The translations under genes were made by a program, and so were the position numbers. A DNA stretch of 64,000 nt from a virus, in the IMG/VR virus record IMGVR_UViG_3300020166_000747; one strand, 5' to 3'. Below the pieces are notes generated by a model, which saw only the letters and a list, made by a program, of their open reading frames with translations, ran no database searches and had not been told where the DNA came from. Positions 1 through 9,035 of the stretch are shown piece after piece (within the stretch, counting starts at the first letter, position 1; each line of letters starts with the position of its first letter).

Positions 1-64
1 ACAGAAAACTTTACTATCGCTCCACTATATGAACATATAAAAATGAATGAAGGTGGATACTAGC

Positions 65-301
65 ATGAGTAGAACAAGAAATACACTTAAAGAAATTACA
101 TTAGATAGAATTGATATTGAACTGACTGATGAAATTATCGATTCAGGCACTTCCTTTAAGGAACTAGGGGTTGATTCGTTAGATACGATTGAAATTATTG
201 TATCGATAGAAGACCTATTAGATATTGAATTATCAGATGAAAGACTTGATGATATTGATAATATCAAATCATTAGCAGCATATCTAGCAGAATTTGATTA
301 A
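65..301 (+). CDS. acpP: Acyl carrier protein
   Basis: Small acidic protein with the phosphopantetheine site LGVDSLD followed by IEDLLDIELSDE. ATG at 65 follows AAGGTGGA; the track start at 47 is an alternative. Confidence 0.85.
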   Translation: MSRTRNTLKEITLDRIDIELTDEIIDSGTSFKELGVDSLDTIEIIVSIEDLLDIELSDERLDDIDNIKSLAAYLAEFD

Positions 302-322
302 TAAAATCATTATTGAACAATA

Positions 323-1351
323 ATGCACTATGAATTTTATAATCAATTATGGGACTTCGATGATGATGTAGAACTTTATTTTCTACATGAGCGCATCTTA
401 GAAGACGCATACTTACGAATAATAAAAGCACCAAAGACTGAACAAAGAACTGACAAAGCAACACGTGAATTTATCCGAGGCATGAAGCAGGTCTGGACTA
501 AACGTGCGGAAACTGGGTCCAATGAATGGGCAAGGCCAGTGGTACATAACTATGATGATTCAATGTTTGAACGGGTAAGTGATGATTACACAATGTGTTG
601 GAAGAAGACCAACGAAGCACATGACATACTTGTTATACATTTAACTAGTTTTGCTGGGCATGAAGGTAGACTTACTAATTCATTAACTAATGTAAGTTCC
701 AAAATTATTAATTTAGACACTGATCTATTAATAGTTAATGAAGATCCATTCCGAATGCCCGAAAGTTTATATCCTAGTTATTTTATATTAGGGTGTAGTT
801 CAAAATGCAATTCACTTAGTGCAACTGCGGATCAAATAAAAACATACATTAAAAAAGAATATAAGAACATTGTTATATACGCTGATTCTAAACATGCAGG
901 TTCCGGTGTAAGTCTCGCGTATGAGTTGGCAGACTTAAACCCATGTGTACTCGTTACTGGCGGAATTACAACTTATGACTGGGACGCATCGCCGTGGGTG
1001 AAAATGTATTTAAAGTGGTTTAATCGTCCGGATAATCTGAAACATCAATTTCTTTCTATATCTAACATAGCAGTAGCACATTTTATAAAAAGCTATAAAT
1101 TTAAACAAATGGGGATAAGTGAACGACTAACTAATCCTTATAAATTCCTAGATGAATATAATATCAAAGTTGACTTTTACCACGGAAAATATGATTTTGA
1201 GTATATTAAATTTAAAAATCATGTAGAAAACTTAAATCTTAAAAATATTAATATGCATGAAGTTGACTATAAAATATCTGATTCGCAAACACACAACATT
1301 CGTCCTTACGTAGACAGATTTATTCTTTCCGAATATATAAAAAACTTATAA
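323..1351 (+). CDS. Hypothetical protein, possible alpha/beta-hydrolase fold
   Basis: 342-aa ORF. IVIYADSKHAGSGVSLA resembles a degenerate nucleophile elbow, and there is a C-terminal His (QTHNI). Confidence 0.45.
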   Translation: MHYEFYNQLWDFDDDVELYFLHERILEDAYLRIIKAPKTEQRTDKATREFIRGMKQVWTKRAETGSNEWARPVVHNYDDSMFERVSDDYTMCWKKTNEAHDILVIHLTSFAGHEGRLTNSLTNVSSKIINLDTDLLIVNEDPFRMPESLYPSYFILGCSSKCNSLSATADQIKTYIKKEYKNIVIYADSKHAGSGVSLAYELADLNPCVLVTGGITTYDWDASPWVKMYLKWFNRPDNLKHQFLSISNIAVAHFIKSYKFKQMGISERLTNPYKFLDEYNIKVDFYHGKYDFEYIKFKNHVENLNLKNINMHEVDYKISDSQTHNIRPYVDRFILSEYIKNL

Positions 1352-1389
1352 GCAACTGTAAACACACGATTATTTCTTACCTTTTTTTC

Positions 1390-1417
1390 TTGACATTCCT
1401 GCTATATATGCTACATT
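1390..1417 (+). promoter_or_regulatory. Sigma70-type early promoter
   Basis: TTGACA-N16-TACATT with TG extension. The downstream leader (AATAGAGTAAT..AGAGAGA) is nearly identical to the one after the 2077 promoter. Confidence 0.7.
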
Positions 1418-1447
1418 AATAGAGTAATAAGAGAGAAAGAGAATGAC

Positions 1448-1708
1448 ATGTTTAGAATCCCATCATTTTACAAAGAAACAGTAGACTTCAAAACTGCTTG
1501 GAACACAATCACAAACTTTGGTCGTGGCGATGCACTTGAAGGTATGAATGCTATGCAACGTGTTTGGGATGAACATTGTGCTAGTTATAATTGTGACCAT
1601 GCGCACTTCTCTGATGATTCTGATTTTTATGAATACTATGAAGCAGAAGTAAATGCTTATAACGTAGTTTTTGAAAACATGGGTAAATTGTTCGGAGAGG
1701 CAGCATAA
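1448..1708 (+). CDS. Small hypothetical early phage protein
   Basis: 86-aa ORF with a GA-rich RBS, directly after a promoter. Confidence 0.7.
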   Translation: MFRIPSFYKETVDFKTAWNTITNFGRGDALEGMNAMQRVWDEHCASYNCDHAHFSDDSDFYEYYEAEVNAYNVVFENMGKLFGEAA

Positions 1709-1709
1709 T

Positions 1710-1886
1710 ATGTGGCAAGTTGTAGCAAATAACCGCAACGGGGACTACTTCACTAAGTCAGCATTAACTCTAGAAGAGTCACGTGAAATTCATAGTCTAC
1801 TCAGTAACAGTGGTCAATGGGCGGCAGTCCGTAGTCTTGATACTGAATATTACTCGGAGAGAAAAACACAACATGTGGGAACTTAG
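1710..1886 (+). CDS. Small hypothetical protein
   Basis: ATG at 1710 (MWQVVANN) follows GGAGAGG, immediately after the upstream stop. Confidence 0.55.
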   Translation: MWQVVANNRNGDYFTKSALTLEESREIHSLLSNSGQWAAVRSLDTEYYSERKTQHVGT

Positions 1887-2073
1887 AACAACATTCAGTG
1901 AACCAAATCCCTTGAGGCCTAACGATGGCCTTGAGAGAAGTGGGTTGTTTGTTGAAACTCTGTGTGAAGCATTGTCTTGGTGGGAGTGTAGAACTCGTTC
2001 AGGTTGTCAAGTTAAAAGATTGCATGTTATGCTCGACCCAACTGGTAAAGTAGTGAAAATAAAATTCGATTAA
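1873..2073 (+). CDS. Small hypothetical protein
   Basis: ATG at 1873 (MWELRTT) follows GGAGAG and overlaps the upstream ORF end. Confidence 0.55.
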   Translation: MWELRTTFSEPNPLRPNDGLERSGLFVETLCEALSWWECRTRSGCQVKRLHVMLDPTGKVVKIKFD

Positions 2074-2076
2074 TAC

Positions 2077-2104
2077 TTGACATTTTATCGAATCATGCTA
2101 TATT
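2077..2104 (+). promoter_or_regulatory. Sigma70-type early promoter with a GANTC site in the spacer
   Basis: TTGACA-N16-TATATT with TG extension. CGAATCA lies at 2089-2095. Confidence 0.7.
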
Positions 2105-2133
2105 AATAGAGTAATCAAGAGAGAGGAACTACT

Positions 2134-2901
2134 ATGATTAACGCTGATATTTTCGTTAAGAATACAGGTCTAGAAACAGGTAAGATTTACAATCAACCAA
2201 TTAGCAAAGTAGAACTACTTGCACTTGCTATTGTGGCACAGCGCATTAACGGTGAATACTTAAAGCGAGGTGGGGTGTCCGACTTTGTTACTAAGATCGA
2301 AGACGGCGAAGAAGTACAACGCTATGAACGTACCAAAAACTCTAATCGTTTTGTTATGGAAACAGTCCAGCAGATCGACCCAGATGTATTAACTGACGAG
2401 TTGCTTGCAGAAGCACAAGAGATGTTGACTAATCTTGAAATGGAATATATGTTCAAAGTTCTCGCAGATACAATGAATGACTTTGAAAATTCCATTCATC
2501 AGTTTCTATCAGACGAACCGGATGTATCACTAGATGGTTCTAATTTTGAACCACGTGCGCATATTGGGGTTGTTGCTTACATTCCAGCGTATGTAGAACG
2601 TGAGACAAAACAACGTGACCTTGCTGAACGTTCAATCGGTTCTGAGTATTTAGGAACTAAAGGTGAATCTATTTCCGCGCAGATTGAAATTGTATCTAAG
2701 CGCCAAGCAACTGCTTGGGCAGGTTGGAACGTAAATGCTATCACAACTGATGGCAATCGTGTTTCGTTCTTTACTACAAAAGATGAAATTTCTAATAAGA
2801 CTGGAGTGTTTGGTATATATGCGAAAGTCAAAGATTGTGGTACTGTTTGGCGTGAGGAAAGTATAAAAGAAACTCGCCTTAACTATGTGAAGTTTATTTA
2901 A
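2134..2901 (+). CDS. Hypothetical phage protein with probable C-terminal OB-fold
   Basis: 255 aa with RBS GAGAGG. The beta-rich C-terminus (SEYLGTKGE...ETRLNYVK) is a type seen in T4-like phage proteins. Confidence 0.6.
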   Translation: MINADIFVKNTGLETGKIYNQPISKVELLALAIVAQRINGEYLKRGGVSDFVTKIEDGEEVQRYERTKNSNRFVMETVQQIDPDVLTDELLAEAQEMLTNLEMEYMFKVLADTMNDFENSIHQFLSDEPDVSLDGSNFEPRAHIGVVAYIPAYVERETKQRDLAERSIGSEYLGTKGESISAQIEIVSKRQATAWAGWNVNAITTDGNRVSFFTTKDEISNKTGVFGIYAKVKDCGTVWREESIKETRLNYVKFI

Positions 2902-3823
2902 AATTCTCACGATATATTAAATCAGCAATATCTTTATTCATCGCTTCGCCGAAATGGCCCAATCCCAGTAGTTGGGCGGTCGGGTCATAATTTAAGTCAC
3001 GTCCGTATAAACTGTTTATTAACTCATACGGTTCCGGCGTCTGCAAATCGTTAAGTGAAAATTTCATTTCACCTTGTTCGTGTAATAATTTTAAATCATA
3101 CAATCGTGTATCTATAGGTTTAATCCAATTGGCATCATCGTTTTGATCGATGTATTTGTCAATAGCATAGTACTGTTTATTACCCAGCAATGTTTGCACA
3201 TCAATTGCAGTCATCCATTCATGGATTGAATTATGGCATTCTATATCAAAAAATACGGACGGGACCTTATCATGCACGATCCTTTTTTTCCGGGTAGCCT
3301 CATCAAATCCCGGCATAACATTAATTGATTCCCATCTGTTCCCATCGCCGTAATCTTCTAAATGCATCCACGTATGTCTAGTAGGGTAACTCCACAATAT
3401 TATTATTTTTTTAGGATTATACTGTTGCATGAACGTAATGGCATTGTTATGAATAGTTCGATTACTAGAGCCTGGTATGCCAGCATTAACAAACGGTTCT
3501 CCATACTCACGGGTTAATATTTCACTGATTGTGTTACTATTTTCAATTCCTTGACCATAGATATAAGAACACCCTATTACGACTGAAGTTTTGCTCCAGT
3601 CAATTTGGTCCAATTCTTGATTACATCTAAACCCATCACTGTTGTGTACATAATCTATTTTAGTATTTGTATACTTCCAATACTTAGAACTGAATACACC
3701 AAGGTTCTTTTTATGGTGTTCTTCTTCATTGTGTCCAGTGAACAATGTGGTCGATTTTTGAAAGCCAGATTTAATAAATCTTCTTTCTGGGAAACTGTTT
3801 AAATTAAATATATCTACGCTCAT
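2894..3823 (-). CDS. SGNH/GDSL hydrolase-like protein
   Basis: Motifs GCSYIYG, NAGIPGSSN and C-terminal GHF. The start was moved to ATG 3823 because the track extension overlaps the divergent gene. Confidence 0.65.
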   Translation of the reverse strand: MSVDIFNLNSFPERRFIKSGFQKSTTLFTGHNEEEHHKKNLGVFSSKYWKYTNTKIDYVHNSDGFRCNQELDQIDWSKTSVVIGCSYIYGQGIENSNTISEILTREYGEPFVNAGIPGSSNRTIHNNAITFMQQYNPKKIIILWSYPTRHTWMHLEDYGDGNRWESINVMPGFDEATRKKRIVHDKVPSVFFDIECHNSIHEWMTAIDVQTLLGNKQYYAIDKYIDQNDDANWIKPIDTRLYDLKLLHEQGEMKFSLNDLQTPEPYELINSLYGRDLNYDPTAQLLGLGHFGEAMNKDIADLIYRENFK

Positions 3824-3881
3824 ACATTTATTTATCTGCGTGTAATTTTTTTGGATAATAACTACAAACATAAATAGTAGT

Positions 3882-4652
3882 ATGAAAATAGTGTTAGTTA
3901 CAGGTGGGTTCGACCCATTACATTCAGGACATATTGCATATTTTAAAGCGGCAAAAGCGTTGGGTGACAAACTAGTTGTAGGTGTTAATACAGACGCATG
4001 GCTTACTAGAAAAAAAGGCAGCCCGTTTATGCCAAGCAGTGAAAGAATAGCAATAATTCAGAATTTAAAAATGGTAGATGATTGTGTAGTGTTCGATGAC
4101 AACGATGGCTCAGCCATAGATGCTATTAAAAATTTAAAAATATTATATCCAAATGATGATATTATCTTTGCTAACGGCGGTGACCGCACTAAAGAAAACA
4201 TTCCTGAAATGATTTTTGATGATGTTGAATTTGTATTTGGCGTAGGCGGTGAAGATAAAAAGAATAGTTCATCTTGGATACTAGAAGAGTGGAAAGCTCC
4301 TAAAACAATTAGATCATGGGGATATTATAGAGTGATACACGAATATGATAATCATACTAAAGTAAAAGAATTAGCAGTACCTCCGGGCGGGATGTTATCT
4401 ATGCAACGACATAAAGAACGTTCAGAACATTGGTTCGTAGCAGAAGGAACTGCAACTGTGAATACATTAAATTCTAGCAGTACTGATGTTGAAGAACATG
4501 GAGTATTTCATAAGCATCAATCATTACATATACCCGTAGGTATGTGGCATCAGCTTGTCAATGCACACGATACTGATTTAAAGCTAGTAGAGATACAGTA
4601 CGGAACTAATTGTGTAGAAGAAGATATTGAGCGAAATGACACGGTTCTTTAA
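3882..4652 (+). CDS. Cytidylyltransferase (HxGH, TagD/RfaE-like) fused to a mannose-6-phosphate isomerase type II-like cupin
   Basis: TGGFDPLHSGH and FANGGDR, then RSWGYY..LSMQRHKERSEHW..EIQYG. Confidence 0.85.
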   Translation: MKIVLVTGGFDPLHSGHIAYFKAAKALGDKLVVGVNTDAWLTRKKGSPFMPSSERIAIIQNLKMVDDCVVFDDNDGSAIDAIKNLKILYPNDDIIFANGGDRTKENIPEMIFDDVEFVFGVGGEDKKNSSSWILEEWKAPKTIRSWGYYRVIHEYDNHTKVKELAVPPGGMLSMQRHKERSEHWFVAEGTATVNTLNSSSTDVEEHGVFHKHQSLHIPVGMWHQLVNAHDTDLKLVEIQYGTNCVEEDIERNDTVL

Positions 4653-5859
4653 AGATGGGTGTTACGGAGAAGGATCAGATCCAACGTACCTAACACAATC
4701 ATTGATGTATGATCATGTAGAGTATATGCAGCATAAATTAGACATTCTGGAATACAATAAATTTAGACACGGTGATGATTACTTTTGGAACGTTGAACTT
4801 ACTGCTGAAAATCCTGATATACCAAGATTTCAGAAATCTGATGATATTAAGAAGCCATACAATATAGTGGTACCTGACAGTGTGCTGGAAGATATATTAC
4901 ATGGTAATGCTAGATTAGCGTTGAACTATTCACTTGAAGGGTTTACTGATATAGATTGGGATAGATTGTTCGCAGCAGTTCTTCCAATCCCTAAGGAAAA
5001 AATAATATATATAACGAGTGTTTACGATACCACCAAATTAGAGGCAGATAGTGGGATAAAATGCTATTATACAAATTATTGGGAGACATTACTACAGCGT
5101 ATTTGCCAGACTGGCAGTAGTTATTCGTTCACTGATCCTGACGCTGGTTGGAAACAGTTCAATAAACAAATTAAACTTATAGAACAAAAATACAATCGTA
5201 GTAAAATGTTCACCGCGTACAACCGAAGACCAAGAGAACACAGACTTGCGTTACTGGGTGACTTAAAGAATAAAAACTTATTACACAATGCAATCTATAG
5301 TTGGGGCGGGAAGTTCGAGACTGATTATGATACTAACACGTTGTGCCGCACCGTAAATAAACAATTTTTTGACGGCAATGACGAGAGTAAAATGTATCAA
5401 TATCTTATCGAAATTAACGATAAAATTGTTGAGCATGATGTATCCTTAGATATTAATCCAGCCTTTGTATTTAATTGGGATCATATATTTAATACTAATT
5501 TCCAGCTTATCACAGAAACCAATGCAGATTCCGATAGTACATTTCTAAGTGAAAAGAGTTTTAAACCTTTTGCATCTGGTCAACCATTTGTCATGTGGGG
5601 TGATGTATACACCGTAAACGCATTGCGTGAAAGTGGATATGATACATATGACCAGTGGATTAATCACTCATATGACACCGAAACAGACAATGCTAAGAGG
5701 TTACAGATGGTAATCAAAGAAGTTGAACGATTATGTGCAATCACTGAAAGTGATTGGCTAGACATGTTATACGACATGCTACCAACTATAGTTAAAAATA
5801 ATAGAAATTTCATGAATTCCAACTCTCGGTGCATCCAAAACAATTCTCATACACTCTGA
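4636..5859 (+). CDS. Putative glycosyltransferase-like protein (paralogue of 9036..10361)
   Basis: YNRRPREHR, then ITET..TFLSEKSFKPF..QPF, reminiscent of the GT10-like EK motif. Confidence 0.5.
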   Translation: MTRFFKDGCYGEGSDPTYLTQSLMYDHVEYMQHKLDILEYNKFRHGDDYFWNVELTAENPDIPRFQKSDDIKKPYNIVVPDSVLEDILHGNARLALNYSLEGFTDIDWDRLFAAVLPIPKEKIIYITSVYDTTKLEADSGIKCYYTNYWETLLQRICQTGSSYSFTDPDAGWKQFNKQIKLIEQKYNRSKMFTAYNRRPREHRLALLGDLKNKNLLHNAIYSWGGKFETDYDTNTLCRTVNKQFFDGNDESKMYQYLIEINDKIVEHDVSLDINPAFVFNWDHIFNTNFQLITETNADSDSTFLSEKSFKPFASGQPFVMWGDVYTVNALRESGYDTYDQWINHSYDTETDNAKRLQMVIKEVERLCAITESDWLDMLYDMLPTIVKNNRNFMNSNSRCIQNNSHTL

Positions 5860-5868
5860 ATTAAAAGG

Positions 5869-5897
5869 TTGACAGATATCGAATCGAGTGCTATATT
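5869..5897 (+). promoter_or_regulatory. Sigma70-type early promoter with a GANTC site in the spacer
   Basis: TTGACA-N17-TATATT. CGAATCG lies at 5880-5886 and CGAATCA at 5910-5916. Confidence 0.75.
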
Positions 5898-5938
5898 AAT
5901 AGTACGAAACGAATCATTAACAACAGAGAGTAAACTTT

Positions 5939-7651
5939 ATGAAAAACCTACTTCTAACAACTTCTGCATTGTTGGTACTGTCAGTCGCGTCAGCAAGTGC
6001 GAATGCAACCTCAGATGCACAACGTATGCTTAACAAGCTAGGCTATAATGCAGGAGCAGTTGATGGGGCTTACGGCAGTAAGACCAAACGTGCGCTTGAG
6101 GCATTCTACACAGATAACGGCACATCATATGACGGTACGTTAGATGCCAATGAAGTTTCGGATCTGAAAGCTGCAGCAGTTGAAGCTGGCGTAAAGTTCA
6201 ACGTACCTTCAGGTATTAGCGTAAGTGATCAATATCGTTTTGAAAACTTTGCAGGTCTTGTAAGCCTAAAGTACGCAAATGCAATTCGTCGCAGTTGGTT
6301 TGGATATATTGAAATCCCACTAATTGATACAAACGATGACGGCTACAAAGACCTTGTCTTTAACTCTGATGGTCCCGATTTCTTTAGACAACAGAAACTA
6401 GGAAAGAATGATGCTAATGTAGTCACAGTCCCATACAATGCTAAATGGAAAGATTGGGATATGTTTGAAACAGTAGAGTCTCCAAATAGCACATTCGGCA
6501 ACCCAATGATGCAATACGCTGACATGAATGGTGATGGTAGAGTTGATATCGTTGCTGCCACATCAGTCCCTGGCGGCAGCTTCAATGAAGGTGGCGCGGT
6601 TGTATACTTCAATCAAGGCGATGGTACATTCAAAACAAAGATGATTAGTCGCAAAAAGTTTACTCACGCACTAGCTATCGGTGATCTAGACGGCGATGGT
6701 GATCAGGATGTTATCTACCATCATCTAGGTGCAACAAGTATTCAATGTGAAATCAACGATGGTCGTGGTAACTTTAAACGTAAAAATTGTATGCGGGCAC
6801 CAAAGACATTCAATCAACCATACGCGCAAAACATTTGGAGTTTCCGCATTGCGGATTTCGATAACGATGGTGCGCAAGATGTAAGCATCTGGACAAATGT
6901 TGGTAGTTCGAAGGTAGATAATTCTTGGGGACAAGTAAGACAGAACGAGTTACAGCATCCTACAATTTTTTGGGGAGACAACAGTGTTAAGTTCTCTTAC
7001 AAAAACAAAACATCGCTAGATGTGACACCTTGGACAGACGGTGCACTACAATCAGGTAAGCCAGTCTTTTTAACTTCGAACGCAGGTACAACTGTTGATA
7101 TCGGGAAAGACGGTGATGTCGATTTAGTTACTATTCTAGTGGGTAAGCATTCAGTTGGTGGGGCTCTAGTCATTCATGAAAATTTAGGCAACCGACAATT
7201 TCGTACAAAAGAACTGACACGTTCGGTATTCTTAAAAAATGATCCAGATCGGTTTCGTACAATGCAAGATAAAACTGATCGGGTGAATAAAGCTAAAGAT
7301 TACACATGGTTAACTGAGAGCCTGGTATGGAATGATATGTGTGGTAACGTGATGTTCTTGGATATCAACAATGATGGCATTGATGACTTTGTATGCGGTG
7401 GCACTGGTTGGGATGACAACTCTGCAACAATCATTGATCGTTGGGATAATAATCAGAAAGATCATCAACGCATCATGCCGTGGATGAATACTAAAGATTG
7501 GAATCCTAACTGGAGCAGTAAAAACCGTTATGCTATTCTAGATATTCATGGCAACGTAAAAGATAGTGGTAAGATTTTTAACAATGAACAAAGCGATTTT
7601 TCAGCGAAGTTTAAATCTCGTGGTTATAAAATAGATACTATCGGTTTCTAA
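5939..7651 (+). CDS. Exported protein: signal peptide, peptidoglycan-binding domain and FG-GAP/VCBS repeats
   Basis: Signal MKNLLLTTSALLVLSVASASA. PG-binding segment AQRMLNKLGY..VDGAYGSKTKRAL. Repeated D-x-D/N-x-D-G-x-x-D motifs (DMNGDGRVD, DLDGDGDQD, DFDNDGAQD, DINNDGIDD). Confidence 0.8.
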   Translation: MKNLLLTTSALLVLSVASASANATSDAQRMLNKLGYNAGAVDGAYGSKTKRALEAFYTDNGTSYDGTLDANEVSDLKAAAVEAGVKFNVPSGISVSDQYRFENFAGLVSLKYANAIRRSWFGYIEIPLIDTNDDGYKDLVFNSDGPDFFRQQKLGKNDANVVTVPYNAKWKDWDMFETVESPNSTFGNPMMQYADMNGDGRVDIVAATSVPGGSFNEGGAVVYFNQGDGTFKTKMISRKKFTHALAIGDLDGDGDQDVIYHHLGATSIQCEINDGRGNFKRKNCMRAPKTFNQPYAQNIWSFRIADFDNDGAQDVSIWTNVGSSKVDNSWGQVRQNELQHPTIFWGDNSVKFSYKNKTSLDVTPWTDGALQSGKPVFLTSNAGTTVDIGKDGDVDLVTILVGKHSVGGALVIHENLGNRQFRTKELTRSVFLKNDPDRFRTMQDKTDRVNKAKDYTWLTESLVWNDMCGNVMFLDINNDGIDDFVCGGTGWDDNSATIIDRWDNNQKDHQRIMPWMNTKDWNPNWSSKNRYAILDIHGNVKDSGKIFNNEQSDFSAKFKSRGYKIDTIGF

Positions 7652-7674
7652 TACTATGTTGATTACTTAAAACT

Positions 7675-7702
7675 AAAAAGACGCTTTCGAGCGTCTTTTT
7701 TT
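7675..7702. terminator. Bidirectional intrinsic terminator
   Basis: AAAAAGACGCT-TTCG-AGCGTCTTTTTTT between convergent genes. Confidence 0.9.
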
Positions 7703-7707
7703 ATGGT

Positions 7708-8940
7708 TTATTTTATTGTTCTAGTGTTGCCGTAATGCTCTACTATAACACCGCTAACAGCATTGAACTTTCTCCATGGGTCAACTACAATTGAACGTTC
7801 TGGAATATCACAATACAATGCATCTTTGTGTGAATTACCAGTGTACTCATACGTAGTAGATGCACTGTGCGCCATTAAAAATACTGCTGGGCCTGTTGAT
7901 GTTCTGTCATCATCTGTCATAGGGTCTACATACTCAACATCAATACCACACTCATTAATATACGTTGCAATCAACATACTATAACTTCCCTCTAAGTATG
8001 GGACATTTGGCTTATATGCCTTACCATGAATAACGATAGGTAGATTGTTTTCATTCGCATGTTTCATTAATCTTAACGCAATATTCTTAGCTTGTATCTC
8101 TCTTGCATTCATAATAGCATCAAACATATCATACCCCAAGTCTAGCTCTTCTGCCATATAACGTAACGCAATGTTATCACGTGGATGACATCCACCGCCA
8201 TCTCCCATGCCAGCAGTCATATATTGTGGCCCCATGATGCGCATAGTACTGTGTGCTAGTGCATTTGTTACTACGTCTACATTGATATTACCTTGCTTTT
8301 CTGCAACGTCTTGTATCATGTTTACTAGACCAATCTTAGCACTGATGAATGTATTGTAGAATACTTTTATTGCTTCGCATTCATCCCATGTACCAATCTC
8401 ATAACGTGGGTTGTTTTCCATAATTGTTTTATAGAAGTCAGTTAATTGTTTTGCATCTCCGTTGTGATCTCCATCTTCTGTGCCGATCATAACCATTTCT
8501 GGATTAACCATATCATATGCAACACTTCCCATGGCGATCAAGTAAGGGTTATATACGAAGCGTGGGTTAGTGATGTGCTGTACGAAGTGCTTACGGGTCG
8601 TCCCTGGCAGTACTGTGGAGATAAGAACAAGTAGTTGACTATCATTCATATGTTCATTTGCTTCTTTAATAACATCAATAACGATGTCATAGTTGAAGTC
8701 TTTGGGCGCCAAGTGTGCCGTCGGTGCATTACCATCATACATTGGGTCATGTGGGGTTGGTACCGCAACGAATACAATGTCTCGGTCTTTAACTAGTTCT
8801 TGTATAGTAGTAACTACAGTTATGTCATCACTTGTTCTGGGAGAGACATCATACCCCTTAACCTCATGTCCTTTTTGTGCAACTGCTTCTGCACATGGCA
8901 TCCCAAGTTTGCCAACTCCGATAAATCCAATCTTACTCAT
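7708..8940 (-). CDS. ugd: UDP-glucose/GDP-mannose dehydrogenase family protein
   Basis: Rossmann motif GFIGVGKLG, VAVPTP, STVLPG and the catalytic GGGCHPRD. Confidence 0.9.
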   Translation of the reverse strand: MSKIGFIGVGKLGMPCAEAVAQKGHEVKGYDVSPRTSDDITVVTTIQELVKDRDIVFVAVPTPHDPMYDGNAPTAHLAPKDFNYDIVIDVIKEANEHMNDSQLLVLISTVLPGTTRKHFVQHITNPRFVYNPYLIAMGSVAYDMVNPEMVMIGTEDGDHNGDAKQLTDFYKTIMENNPRYEIGTWDECEAIKVFYNTFISAKIGLVNMIQDVAEKQGNINVDVVTNALAHSTMRIMGPQYMTAGMGDGGGCHPRDNIALRYMAEELDLGYDMFDAIMNAREIQAKNIALRLMKHANENNLPIVIHGKAYKPNVPYLEGSYSMLIATYINECGIDVEYVDPMTDDDRTSTGPAVFLMAHSASTTYEYTGNSHKDALYCDIPERSIVVDPWRKFNAVSGVIVEHYGNTRTIK

Positions 8941-9035
8941 TTATATCACCCGATCCAAATTGTTCTGTTATATTTTAAATACAGTATATTTATTACTGCT
9001 GATTTAGTTGTTACCATAAAATAATATTTATTATA

